A stretch of 64,000 nt of DNA from Balanoglossus misakiensis. Its lineage: Eukaryota > Animalia > Hemichordata. The DNA is taken from assembly GCA_040954595.2 (NCBI GenBank), contig CM082589.2, positions 1,342,009 to 1,406,008 of the forward strand, in the 5' to 3' direction. The stretch's first letter is position 1. Each line of letters begins with the position of its first letter. The translations under genes were made by a program, and so were the position numbers. A model generated the notes under the pieces. It was not told where the DNA came from. It made no database searches and saw nothing but the letters and a program-made list of their open reading frames with translations. Positions 1-13,400 of this stretch are shown here, piece after piece.

Positions 1-2672
1 ATTTTAAAGAATTCAGGAAAGATTATCTCTAGAAAATCCTGGGAAATGAACCTTCCTGGCTGCATTTCCTTTCGAATACACAGAAAAATAAGACAGAGAC
101 AGAAATCTGTGACATTTCAAGTTATTTGGGCTGGGCTTGGTTCTTTTATGGTTTTTATGCTACAAAATCTGAGCTGTTAAAACCATCATAAAATATTTCA
201 AACTCGGATGCATGTTGGTGTATTCATCAACTATTTATAACATTCAGAGCTGTGTCAGTGTCTTTTGATGATGATTTCTCTATTCAATGTGGATAGTTAT
301 TATCCAGCCTAATGAGAGTAAATTTTTAGGATTCACTGACACTAATTAGTGTGATCACCATAGAGTTTGCCATATTAATTAATAGGAGACTGGAGTCCTT
401 TCACTAAACTACAATGGCTCATCAAATACTATGAGTTATATGTAAATAAATTGGACAAACATCATTGTTTTCTTTTAAGATTATTTGCTGTTTGAAAAAT
501 CTGAGCACTGGTAACTGAGATATATGAATAATATCTGATATAATTATTTGATGAAGTGATACTGTATAATGATAGAAATGTATTTAGTTTAGGTGGGACA
601 GTTGCGGTGCAGTAATTTCATGATGTTTTCTCCCTCGTTGATTTTATGATCATTCTGATCGTAAGATGGATGTGTGTTGTCATCAGATTTAGATTGGGAT
701 TGGAAGGCTGGTAAAAAGTGAATGCAGACATGCTGAACAGATTTAGATTGGGATTTGGGTGATGTGGATGGTGAATACACAAGTAGTGTTTACATCAGCA
801 TTCCTTGTAGAGCTGTGTTACAAGAAGACTGGGAGAGTTAATTGGATGTTATAAATTGGATCAGCGTTCAATGTATTGAATTATCAATGCAATATACCTA
901 GCCAATAATAATGTAGCATGGTGTGTACATATGCATTCCATTGACTGAGTCAAGTGAGTTTTCCTTGAAACCTGATTTCTTAAACTCCTTTATAACCCCT
1001 GTGTGGGTCTTTGAAAATATTTTCTGTGATGATTTGGTTGTTTTATCCTTGAGAGGAAGTATTTTGGGGTTGAGCTGGGATGGAGATCAGAAAAAAGAAA
1101 CGAGAGAGAAATGTACAGTATGGTCTTCTGAAAATAATCATCCTAGAAATAGTTCAGTTACTGAACAACTGGCATTTCCCCATGTGACCAAAACCTGCCT
1201 TGGATAAAAAAGTATGCACAAGGAGTTAACACGTAACATTTCAGGGAATGTTTCTTCCATGTTTTTTCCCCTGTCGGAGGTTCCAACTCAGTGTGTCTTT
1301 GAGTATCTTTCTTTCTTTGGGCAAAACTTGCATGTTGTGAGCATAACTTAACCTTTGACCCTTGGACTGGCCTTTCTGAAGGCCTCTTTCAGATCTATTT
1401 ATGGGTGGTGATCACATGCCGATATGACATGGAATACAGTGGGGTCCATTGTGAGTGCCTGTGGCTACCTGGAGTTTTGTCATCAGTTAGACAATGTGAA
1501 ATGTCTGTGTCCTCAGAAAGTGTGGGTGTCTATGTTTGTCCATGTTATTGAGGTCAGACATGTAGTTACAGTCTGTGTCCATTCTTCCCACTTCCTGTTC
1601 TCTGAAGTGGTTTTAACAGAAACCCACAATAATTATTCTGACACTTACATGTAACGGCTATTAGTCATCAACCAAGTGAAAAACAAGTTCTCCCCGGTTC
1701 TGGTTTGAGTGTGAAACTCATTTTGTTTAAGCTTGCAAGGAACACTCGATAAATCTCGATATATTTCCTCATGAAACTTGACATGTGTTGATAGATTTCC
1801 TCATACAAGTCTTGTATCAGAGGAAATGGTTTAGGAAGTGGTCAGATAAGAATACTGTCATATGATCATCCCATCCAGGGTTTAAAAAATTGCAAATTTA
1901 ACATCCTTCATGCAACTGGCCATCCTGTTTGATTTTCAAACCTTAGTGAGATCCTAAATCCCTTAGAAAATTTGATCTGTCTCTGAAACTAATTTAAGTT
2001 ACACATATGACTTCAACCATGTAAGGCTGACCTTGTCTGAATGAAATTGTCCAAATATAGACAATTATTATGGCATCATTCTGCATATCGTTTGGCATAG
2101 GGTCAAAGGGTATATCTGTCATATTGAAGAGTGTGAATTTGATAGGGGAAATAAGGAACTTCGCTGGAGATACATGGTCATGCATTTTAGTATAACATGA
2201 CAGCTTATTTCGGATTTGTATATATCAGAATTCAGAGTTCAGGAATGTTACATGTCAGGACTTGACTGCATTGCTGGAAGGATTCTACATGAGTTCATCA
2301 ACGATGGTGACTTCGAAATAGACAAGCGATGTAAATTATCCAGTGAAATTGTACAGACATGCTGCATACATTGTCTTTTATAAAGAATTTTAAATGACGA
2401 ACTTGTACAGTATTATGGACACTATTTGTAACATGATACAGTCTGATTTTACCACAGCGTACATAGTATTTAGGTGACAAGCTACAAAATATACTAAATA
2501 GAATGTACATTATGGCTAAAGAATGTTACTTTTATCACACTGTGGGTCCCATACAACATTTGACCCTTTGCACTCTGACCCCATGGTGACCTATGATGTC
2601 ATTCAGGATCACACGTTTGAAGATATCTTTCCACAAATGACCAACTCTCTGAATTTGTGTTTTTTCTCACAG

Positions 2673-3216
2673 CATGCAAATGAGGATGTAGAGAGGATGT
2701 TACTAGGCAACAAATGTGACATGGAAGACAAAAGAATGATTGCCAAAGAAAGGGGAGAAGCAGTAAGTATATCATTGATAAATTGTGTTGGATGGCATAT
2801 AAGAACTCATTAGTAATAAACATTTTTATCACTGTAGTGTACAGTTTTAGTTGAATTTGTGATACTTACTGTTTTTCATGTATGTTTGAATTATTCCTCT
2901 CTCATTTCAGATCTCAAGAGAACATAATATTAAATTCCTTGAAACAAGTGCTAAATCAAATATCAATGTTGAGAAAGCATTCATGACGTTAGCTGAAGAT
3001 ATCCTAAAGAAGGTTAGTAATCTCACTCGGATTTTGTTACTAGTCTCTTTTTTAAAGAAAAAGACGTTATAAATATGATTCATCGAATACATCAGCTGAC
3101 AGTTTCAAATCACCTGTTTTCTTTTGCAGACACCGCAGAAAGACTCCACCACAGACCCAAGTTCAGTGTCAGTTAGTCGAGAGTCAGGTTCCCGCAAAAA
3201 CAGTGGTTGTTGTTGA
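2673..3216 (+). CDS. RAB10: Ras-related protein Rab-10 (last three coding exons; 5' exons not identified, probably upstream of window)
   Basis: Exons 2673-2762, 2911-3012, 3130-3216 with GT-AG boundaries give [21 protein letters not shown]...[28 protein letters not shown]...NSGCC*. G4 (NKCD) and G5 (ETSAK) boxes and a CC prenylation tail are present; [17 protein letters not shown] is typical of Rab10. Candidate polyA AATAAA near 6334. Confidence 0.92.
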
Positions 3217-6200
3217 AATTCTTGCAAGTCCATTTCAACTACAAAACGACAAATAATCAAGTCTGGAAGTGGTTATTGTCAACTGCTTGCTGTGAAGATT
3301 TTGCAGAGCTTCCATCTCAAAAAAACCCCAACCATCATCTGTAGCATATATACTCTGTTTTAGTTTACAACCTTGCTTTGTTGTCCATTGAGCTATTCTC
3401 ACTTTCCCCATCCCAACTCTTTATGGAAAAATAAACTCATTTGTGTCTTCCCACCATTCCACCCCTATAACATGGCATAATGGAATAGCCCTATATTGGG
3501 AACTCTCATCAGTCATTCCATGCCGTGCATACATGGGGAGGAAAGGAGGCTTTAAGAAACCAGACCATGTAAAATCAATATGGTCCGGTTTTGACAATGT
3601 GTGTGATAGTCATTGCATAAAAATGTTCGAAAACTCCACAGCTGACAGTGATCAGCTGAGTGTAAAAACATTGGAAATGTTTTTTTTCAAAAGCAATATT
3701 TTTTCTGATGGTAGCCAAATTAGTATTTTATTATATTCACGTCGATTCAAGGCTTTTCACTCAAAGTTTCTTTACAGAATTCCCCTAGTGGTAGCTGCTA
3801 TTTTAGTTTGCTAACAAATATGAATTTTTTTGCTGTGAAGGTATTTATAATCCAAATCTCTCCTTTCAAGATTAATATCTGCCCATGATTCCCCATAAAA
3901 TTGTCAGTTACGAGATGGAACATAAGGCCATTTGCTACTGTATGAATGAAATAACGTATGTGGTGTGAATTATATTTTTGTGTAAAATATCAACAGTTGA
4001 AATGCGGGCTGCTCAGTAGCTAGAACACAGTGGATTTAGAATAATCGTATATGAGCTTGCATTTTTAAGTGTAGACTTGCAAAATGGTTGCAAAAATAAG
4101 CAATTGATATGGGGATGATGGTGGAAACTTTTTAACACAAATACTAAAACCATTCAGAGTTGTCCTTTTTTCTTGAAAACATGACGTCAGTAAACTGACA
4201 AATTCTGTGAGGTTATCATTGACACAGGTGAGGAAATATTCTGCAATGTTCATAAAGTCTTGGGATGATGAAGCATGTGGATAGACTGTTGACTTGTAAT
4301 GTTGTAACTTTCTGGTTGATTTGCTGGTGTGAGATGTTATCCAGCAATGACTGACCAATCAACCAATCAACATGAAGGTTATAACAGTATTCATAGCATT
4401 ATTGGGTGATCATGGATGGCCTTTTGAATCAGTGCTGTATAACGGATGTAATCCTCATGTTGATTGGCTGACTTTCTTGATGTGACCCTTGCATCAAACA
4501 AGATAGCCAATGAACATAATGGTTGCAACAGTGTTCATGAACTCTCATATGATTATCTGTGAGAGTTGAACAGCATTGTTGCAAGCACCCTGTTGATTGG
4601 CTAATTGCCAGACAGAGGTCATCACTGATTGGCCACTTCCATACTGCAAACTTGCAAGTGATTGGCTAGCCTGCAAGTGCACTATCTATATCAGCAAATT
4701 TATTCTTTTCAGTTGAAATTATACAAGATTATTTCTCATTTATCATGCAAAGTGCAACAGAAGCACTCTACCCTCTAATTTCTTGTATACCTTTGTTAAG
4801 AACCAGCACAATTTCTGACTTAGTAAGAACTAAGAAGTACATTTGTACAAAACTTATTATTAATGCAAGTTTGCACTCCAGGCATTGGAACCAACCAATT
4901 ATAATAGCAAGAATTACTTCCAAACTTAGAGTCGTGGTACAAATATGCGAAAATGTACCTTGTAATTACTTTACTAAACAGGTATACAGAATACAATATG
5001 TGCAATTAGCTTAGTAGATAAATTTCAGTGACCCTTGCCTCTCTTTCCCCCCTACTATAGAATGGTATCATCCATTATTGTAACACGCCACCAGTGCACA
5101 TGTATTATAATAGTGTTGACTAAACATTAGACCTCTGACCCCAAAGGTCAAAGGTGAGGGCTTGATTGTAAAATAGTAAATGAATACCGGTATGTAATTT
5201 AGTAATTCATTTTCTTTGTACAAGAGCAAGTTTCAATTTTGTGTTTTTCGTTTTAATTTAATCTTCCATGAAATATAAAATGGAAGTATACATTGTTTCA
5301 AAGCGTAGCATAGGTGTGAGACATTTTGAACCCAGAAAACAACAGCAGTTCCAAAGATTGCCTGCAGACAGACCATAGTGAATATTTGAAGTGAAGGCAA
5401 AATTGCTACTTGTGAATGTAGATACATTGTTTAAGTGATTGTTACATTGGAGTAAAGTGTTATATATGGTGAATGATTGCCACAGGCTTAGGCAGGAGTG
5501 ATTGCTACATTAAGAGTTTGTGTATTTGAATGAATGCTACATTTTAGCTAAAGTGTTACTGATTGCAACATTGTTACATGAATAGTTTGTATAGTTTTGC
5601 ATATGGTTGCAATGTAGATAGGACTGATGAAATTTAGTTTTGCACAACTTTTATAGACAAAATATTTTGTGTTTCTGATCTAGCATGGCTAGCTTGTGTT
5701 CAAACAAAATTGCTTGCACATACGTTGTTCGGCTAACATACAATATAATACAATACATTGAAGTATAGATCTAATTATTTGCTTCATGTTCCATACCACA
5801 CATTCTATGTGTACTTCCCCAATCGAGAAAAACAACCTCACATAGATAGACGCCATAAAACGAAGAATGCTAGGTTTTTTATATGCAATCACAACTCATC
5901 GTTCATATCCGAAATTGTTTGTATAAATTACTAACTCTGTTTGTTTTCTGGGTTCCACTGCAAATACTTGGTGTATGTTTCATGCAGATATATAAAAATT
6001 TACATCAGGATATGTGATTATCAAGTTGGTCTTTTTTGCTACTTTTTGTCCGTTTTAAGTAACATTTTGTAGAGGTATGAACATGACTAAACGATTTTAT
6101 TACAACGGAGATCATGGGGGAATTTGTTTCAGTTGCAGTGGTTATTAACAGACTGTTACATGGACACTTGTTAAATACTGTAATGTATTTTCAGAAGTCA

Positions 6201-7132
6201 ATGACAAAGCATGGAAACATTTAGTCTTTTTCTCGGCAAGAAAAAGAAATTTTGGAAAGAACTTTGATTGATAATATAAAAGTCTAGGTGTAGTTTATCA
6301 CAATGTTCTGTCGCATCTTAAGGTTGACAACAAAATAAACTGAATAGCAATGTATAAATGCACAAATGATGAGTGAAGTCCCTCTTGATTTATTTAATAT
6401 TTGATAATTTTGGGGACTGAACTTTTAACATTTTATGGATGTTAATATTTTGGGCAAAGTGTGGTAATTTTTGGCTTAAATACTATTCTCGGACGATCTC
6501 GGATGGTTTGGTCAGGGGAGAATATGCTAATACATGTATTATGCAAATACATGTACGATTTCTGAAATGCACATTGAGCCGCTTGAGGGCGCTGTCTCAG
6601 TGAAGATACAGCTGGTGGTAACTGACATGGCATGGCCACGTCCCACTCGGCATGGCATGGGTCATACGTGGACTTTCTATCCATGGCTGTCATTGGTTAT
6701 AAAGTGTCAAGCGCTGTGATTGGTGAGTACATATTTCTTGTATTTTTTATAGTGGTTTCTTATCAGAAAATGGTTGTGTATCAGCCCAGGTAACCAACCC
6801 AAATCTAAGGTCTGGCCAGCTCAAATCTATACCTGTCCACAAATCTAAAATTTGCTGTGGCTGTTCTTGGGATATGATATCACAGACACACACACACACA
6901 TTGCTAACCACACACACATACATCAGTAAAATTTTGGCATAATTTTTCTACCTGCTTGCTATATTTATTCATCTCTGAAAAAAGTTAGTAAAAGTTAGGC
7001 CCAGTATTTGATTCAACTATAGAGGCAGCTCCCTACAAAAGAAGATACTCTACCAACAAATAATTATTGATAATCTGTGAAAGAAAGTTTGGGGTATCCA
7101 AGTAACAAACTTGTGAAAAAAATACAAGTCTT

Positions 7133-8480
7133 TCAAACATAGAGCTGTATAGCACAATGGAAGAGATCAACTCCAGTTTTCCTGACAATAAAGTTCAGGG
7201 TATCAGAGTCTTTCTCGTCTTCCCACATATCAACAAATATTTCATCATGCAACTGTGCTGGCGCCAAATACAACGATGACACTTTCTTAACATTGTAGGG
7301 AACAAATTCACCTGTGAAATTCTGCAGGGTTGCACCCTGAAAGGCTGCTACAGCACAGTTGTAGCAATGCACGATGTAAGACATGTAACTGATCTGGTCA
7401 TAAAAGTCTACATCACATGGCAGCATTTTTGTGTGGTATGTAAAACAACTTCCTTTCCTCTGGTGTGCCTTCATCAAAGGTATTCCGGACCCTGTCACAT
7501 GCGGAGTCAACTTCTTGATAGATTCATCTGGAATCGGCTCTGGAATTTTAGTCTCAGAATTAAGGTTTACAGTCTTTGCATACAAATTACACAGTAGTTT
7601 ATCAGTGTCCAAACTACGCAGTTCATGCATTGTTCCATACGATGTAGTTCCCAGATCGTTGAGAAGAATTCTCACAAGGACTGGAGCGTTTGGGTTGTTT
7701 CTTACAACATCATAAAACTCAGGCAAGACTTCATTCCGGCATCCCAAAATAAAAGAGGGGTTAGTTTTGACGTCTTTCCACGAGCGATCCATATATTTTC
7801 CACCAATGGTCAAGTCTGCACGGATGGAGTGAAAAACTTTCTGAAGGCTCCATAGATAGGGTTTCCCTGTCACAAAGATAAAAAAAATGTTAACTCTTTT
7901 GGAAAGGAAAAATGTGTTTAAATTTATGCAAAATGGTGACTTTAATTTGTTCTGTATGTGGTGGTCGAATCATGTGTTCCTCTGCAAATTCAGAGTTTAT
8001 TTTACACTAAAACCCCGGCATTCTGGTTGGACACGCCCCCTTTAGGCCACCCAAGGTTTTCTTTTGTTTTTATATCAAACTGACCCAGTTTGACCTGGTC
8101 TGACCGGGCAAAGCAGGTCAAAGTACAATGTCCCCCGAAACTCGGGCGTGGCACCCCCCTCCATGCAAGTACCCTAAAATTCAGGTCACAGACGAAAATC
8201 TTCGGTCAAAAAACTTTCACTCGTAGTAGATCTACTTACATGTGTAATCAAATTCGTGGGGAATATCGAACGGAATCCCACTGTTGAATACAACGTCGAC
8301 TTGGGCGCCATCCTTTTTGACATGCGAGTCGATCGATATAGTGCGACCAGAAACATTTATCGGTAGTCTTGGAAACCTTTTAACAGGATTGTGCGACAAG
8401 TGATTCAACTGAATCGCAGTACTACCTCTACAGAGGTACTGTGACCGAATCCACAGAGATCTCACCAGCCGCGTCGCCAT
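7133..8480 (-). CDS. Uncharacterised two-exon protein (~324 aa), probable double hot-dog/acyl-thioesterase fold, with mitochondrial-type N-terminus
   Basis: Exon 8240-8480 (MATRLVRSLWIRSQYLCRGS..., Arg/Ser/Leu-rich) splices via GTAAGT...ACAG to exon 7133-7866 in frame (T|GG=Trp). LGTTSY and DVDFYDQISYMSYI resemble hot-dog thioesterase signatures. Confidence 0.7.
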
Positions 8481-9063
8481 ACTGGGAACACTACTGTATA
8501 AATCAGGGATGGGCCATTTGATATTCGGGAGGGGGTGAAGAATTTTCGGGGGGGGGGGGGGGCAGCCATATATGGTGGCATATGGTGACTTCGGTTATTT
8601 CTTAAAGCCCAGTTGCAGTTCCTGTGATAGAGGGACTGTGCTCAACAACATAATGGACAAACTACTCACACACAGTACCATCAATTGTACTTAAACTTGT
8701 TTATTCATTATGTCAGGAAAAAAAACCATTGAGATGGACAAGAAACTAGTACAATAGCTAAAATACATAAAATAATGAAAATAGTCTAGCCTGTACATCT
8801 TGGTTGCATCTTTGTAAAAAAAAAATACAACCACACTATTAACTGTAACTAACTTCAGTACACTTGAATGTAGATGGAAGCATAAACTGACTGAATAAGA
8901 CACATTTCAAAAGGAAAATACATCTGCAAAATGCTTTATACAGAGGAAACCACATGCCACAAGGTTTTGATGAATAATTACTGACATGAAACGACTGCTG
9001 TTATAATATTCATTATCAAAACAAAAGCATAGAAACCACTTTGATTAATATTTCAGATATAAC

Positions 9064-9441
9064 TCAGATATCATCATCAGAGTCAGAGTCTACTCGTCTT
9101 CTGTCAAATTTGACAGTTGTTTTCTTCTGAGTCTGTTGGCTAACTTTTTCCAGTAAACCAATCAGTTCTTCTTCTCCAAGACGTGACTGGATTTGTCCTG
9201 TCTGTGCCATTTGAAGTAGAATTCCTTCAACCATTTTTGCTTTCTCAGGCTTTACCAGAGCTATGCTGTTAAGTCTTGCTCTGGCGGACTGATTGAGAAC
9301 TTGTGATAGGATGTTGTTTTTCATTTCTTCTCTAGCTTTTCTTTCTTCCTCTTCCCCTGGTTGTCCAGCACCACCTCCCATCTGCTGCTGCAGTTCAGCC
9401 ATTCGCTTCTTGCGGATTTCTTCCAACTCTGGGTCAGCCAT
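9064..9441 (-). CDS. PDCD5: Programmed cell death protein 5, intronless CDS
   Basis: [18 protein letters not shown]...[29 protein letters not shown]...[20 protein letters not shown] is the full PDCD5 pattern. Confidence 0.96.
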   Translation of the reverse strand: MADPELEEIRKKRMAELQQQMGGGAGQPGEEEERKAREEMKNNILSQVLNQSARARLNSIALVKPEKAKMVEGILLQMAQTGQIQSRLGEEELIGLLEKVSQQTQKKTTVKFDRRRVDSDSDDDI

Positions 9442-9999
9442 TCTTTCACTATTTCTGTATCACTGTGAAATTGTAAGATGTTCACAGTATTAATATATTG
9501 TATACCTGTATGAGACTGCTGGACTGAATTCTAGGACTACGTCTACATCTATCTGTCTATTGGTATCTATTCTCACTGCCTTCCTGAGCACATATTATCA
9601 ACAGAAACTGATTAAACTAATGTCTTTGCCAAGCTTCACAGGCCTGTAACTTGATTCACCAACTTGGCCCTGGGTTGGCCCCCCAGTTCATTACAAAAAA
9701 TCAACCCAAATACTATAGAAGTGAAGGTCATAATATCACTAATCAGTACCCTTGCACAAAGGCTTACATTTATTCTAACCTCTGATAATGGTGTACTTTC
9801 CAGAAACGTATAACATATGCAGTATATCTTCTGGTAGCAGCGAGGCGTCCTTTACGGAATTTTGCCCTTGTCTCGGGGTCATGTCACTGCGCATTCTCTG
9901 TAAAGTTAAAACAGGAAATCACACATTCGTTGTTGTAGTTTGTGTCGTTTGTCCCCTTATTGTTTTACCAGCTGGGATACTTGACAGTGCATGGTGAAA

Positions 10000-10495
10000 A
10001 GTATGGGAGGGAGGCACAGAAACTAATTCAACAGCGTATGATTATACAAGAAAGCAGCAATTAACATGTCTGGCACGTCGACACTACGCGTGCTTTGATA
10101 GGTTGACTGCGTGGAAATTCGCGTCGCAGGACCAAACATAACATTTACTGTTTATTCCACATGATCACACAACAGTCATAAAACATGATTAAGTTTCATA
10201 AATGCACAAAAAACACATATTTTATCGAAGAAACTGTTATAAATGTAATACTTTTTTGTCTGCTTGGAGTTGGATTCATCCAATCAGTGTCCACCTTATA
10301 AATTCCATTGAGTTTGCCTGCTTGGGTATTCGCCCAATCAGAGGAAAGGCACATAATGTTTGGGTATCCTTGCGATCTTGGCGCCAAGTCCAAAAGTTTT
10401 CCTGCATACCACTGCTTGGTCTTCGTCTAGTACAGTCGTGTTATTTTGCTGCTCTGTCGTTTTCCTTTGTGCCTCAAAGACTTTAGTTTATCATC
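10000..10495. promoter_or_regulatory. Divergent PDCD5/RRM2 promoter with CCAAT boxes and an E2F-like site
   Basis: CpG-enriched. CCAATCA at about 10280 and 10334; TTGGCGCCAA at 10379-10388. Further E2F-type sites lie in RRM2 introns (about 10833, 11180, 11507). Confidence 0.6.
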
Positions 10496-13400
10496 ATGCT
10501 TTCTGCACGTTCACCCAAGAGTACTCAAATCGATTTGGCGAGAAACTTGAAGGAATCATGCGTAGTATCAGACGATCAAGAAAACCAGGTAAGCATTCGA
10601 TGATCAAATATCGACTCAAATCTTTGTCAGCTGTGCGATTTCAAGAAAGAGATCTGACTCAGAATTCCATTGTCAGTAATTTGTTTGAAGTAATTTGGTT
10701 ACTTAGAATCACAAGAAAATATATTCAATGGTAGTTTTGATGTTTGGGCCGCTTGGTAATTTCTAGTTGCCAAAATAAGTTTTGGGTGATCACAGTTGGA
10801 AAACTTCAAAAAACAAAGAATCCATATTCTTGTTGGCGCGCCAAAATTAGCTGATCATTTATACACACCCAAGTTTCTTTTCTGGGTTCTTGCTTGCTAA
10901 ACCTTCTAAGATTGCTGTACAGCACATTTCAACATTGGATTGGGGTTTTATTCATATATGTCGGGCAAAAATCTTTTTGTTGAAATGTACAAATGTTAAT
11001 GTTTGCATGTCGTTCATTTCAGATTCCAACCAGGTTAATGGCAAAGAAAACTGCAACCAAGATCCTTAAAGAACAAAATCAGGTAAATCTTCACACGATA
11101 AGCAATAAGTTCTTTATTTCCCATAGTTTGACGGATTTTCTTGTGTAACGTATTTTTTGTCTTTATGTAATCTAACGAATTTCGCGCGAAAATTTTGCCG
11201 GGAAATCAGCTGTTGGAAACATGAATATTCATGAGCGTCTGTTGATACCATTTATCGCGTCTGTCAATAACTTTACCTTAGATGACGTAATTAAATAATT
11301 CACTACACTTTTTATTCTTCTCGCAGAATATCAAGAAGGAAGTTGTTTCTCAATCCGTAAGTGGTTTTCCATTTTCGTTTTAATCTTTTTTATGTTACAG
11401 TATTTCAAACTTTATCATTATCAAAGTTTCCATGCAACAGCTGTTTAAACTTCAGTCAGTACATAACAATATGACCCCCACCATGCATGAACTTGCCCTT
11501 GACAAGTTTCCCGCCATTGGCATTGACAATGGGATTACTTAAATCAATTTGCAACTGCATTTTCTCATTGGATACATATCTGTTTGGTTTTTGTAGGAAT
11601 CAAAAAATGTTGAGAAGTCCTGGAAGAAGAAATCAGTTGAGGTGGTAAGTGTATACACATGATCTAAATTTATTCAAGCTCAACTTTTTTAGACATTCCA
11701 TGAATTACACAATATTCCATTCAGAAAATACTTGTATGTACATTCCGCCTTGGTGTCACTTTATGTAATTTATTTGAAATTCTTCAAAACTCAACAAGTC
11801 TAATAAACTGATAATATTGTTATTTTTTCAGAACATCGAGGATGAACCTCTGTTGAGAGACAACCCAAGACGCTTTGTCATTTTTCCAATCAAATACCAT
11901 GACATATGGCAGATGTACAAGAAAGCAGAGGCTTCTTTCTGGACTGTTGAAGAAGTCGACTTGTCCAAAGACTTGATTCACTGGGAGGGTTTGAAAGATG
12001 AAGAGAAGCATTTCATTTCGCATGTGTTGGCCTTCTTTGCTGCAAGTGATGGAATTGTCAATGAAAACTTGGTGAGTGCTAAATGCAAGGCTTTTTATCA
12101 AACAAAATCTTTGTTGAATTTGAAGGTTGGAGGGTTAAACTTTCAATTGTGCATGTCTAATGAAAACAATTCTTTTTTCCCCTTCAAGGTGGAGAGGTTT
12201 AGCCAAGAAGTTCAAGTTACAGAAGCACGCTGTTTCTATGGTTTCCAAATTGCAATTGAAAATATCCATTCTGAAATGTACAGTTTACTTATAGACACAT
12301 ACATCAGGGATCCTAAGCAAAGGTGAGTTGTCTTCTGTTACGTGAAGTTTTACTCTGCATAGAATAAAACATGTTGCATATTTTACCATACAAGGATATC
12401 ACTGAAATTATTTACCAGTAGTAACTTTTATTTGTTTTTACAGGGAGTATTTATTCAACGCAATTGAAAATTTGGAGTGCGTTAAAAAGAAGGCAGACTG
12501 GGCCCTCAGTTGGATCAATGCTGACAATGCAACTTATGGCGAACGAATTGTAGCCTTTGCTGCAGTTGAAGGAATTTTCTTCTCTGGGTCGTTCGCATCG
12601 ATATTCTGGTTGAAGAAACGTGGTCTGATGCCTGGGTTGACTTTCTCCAATGAATTAATCAGCAGAGATGAGGTGGGTGCTTCTCTAACCTTTTCACCCC
12701 TCTTTTTGTGAATGGTGTCACCCTCTGGTACTGTAAAACGGGATATTTTCACGACACGAAATTTGTGCGATATAAAAAAGAGGCTGCATGTTTTATTGCC
12801 AAGTATCGCAGTACAAATGCCTCAAATAATTTGATGAGCAATTTCTCACAGTATGGTTGTATTTATCTCTTTTTTTGTAGGGTCTGCATTGTGACTTTGC
12901 TTGTTTGATGTACAGTCATCTGGTGCACAAACCATCAGAAGAAAAAGTGCAGAGTATCATCTCTGACGCTGTGAAAATTGAACAGGAATTCCTCACAGAT
13001 GCATTGCCAGTGTCGTTGATCGGAATGAACGCTACTCTCATGAAACAATACATCGAATTTGTGGCAGACAGACTTCTACTGGAGTTGGGATGCAACAAGG
13101 TATGTTTTTGTCATAAAATACATTTTGAAATTACAAAACCCTGCAGACAGATATGATCTGAATAACCTGTAAATACTTCTCTACAAAAGAGAACTTTGTC
13201 ATTTAAACTGCAGTGTGCTTATCCATAATTCTCACTACCTGAAATAGGTTTTTACTACCTAGGTTAGTGATAAAAATCTCTTGGACGACAATTTCAAGAT
13301 GGCTGATTTTTCTCCAAATTTACTCTTGTTGCTAATGATTTGAACTTTTCCATCTTTCAGATTTACAACAAAGAGAACCCGTTTGATTTTATGGAGAACA

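Noticed and set aside
1-2670. Short ORFs in the first 2.6 kb
   Set aside because: No recognisable Rab motifs or protein-like composition; best read as Rab10 intron.
4504-4603. SECIS element (ATGA...TGAA in a hairpin; Rab10 ends in TGA)
   Set aside because: Helix II is too short, there is no apical AA, the G-A quartet is out of register, and the Rab10 CC* end is a normal prenylation site.
6750-6925. SINE-like element ending in (CA)n
   Set aside because: No A/B boxes, target-site duplication or second copy in the window to support it.
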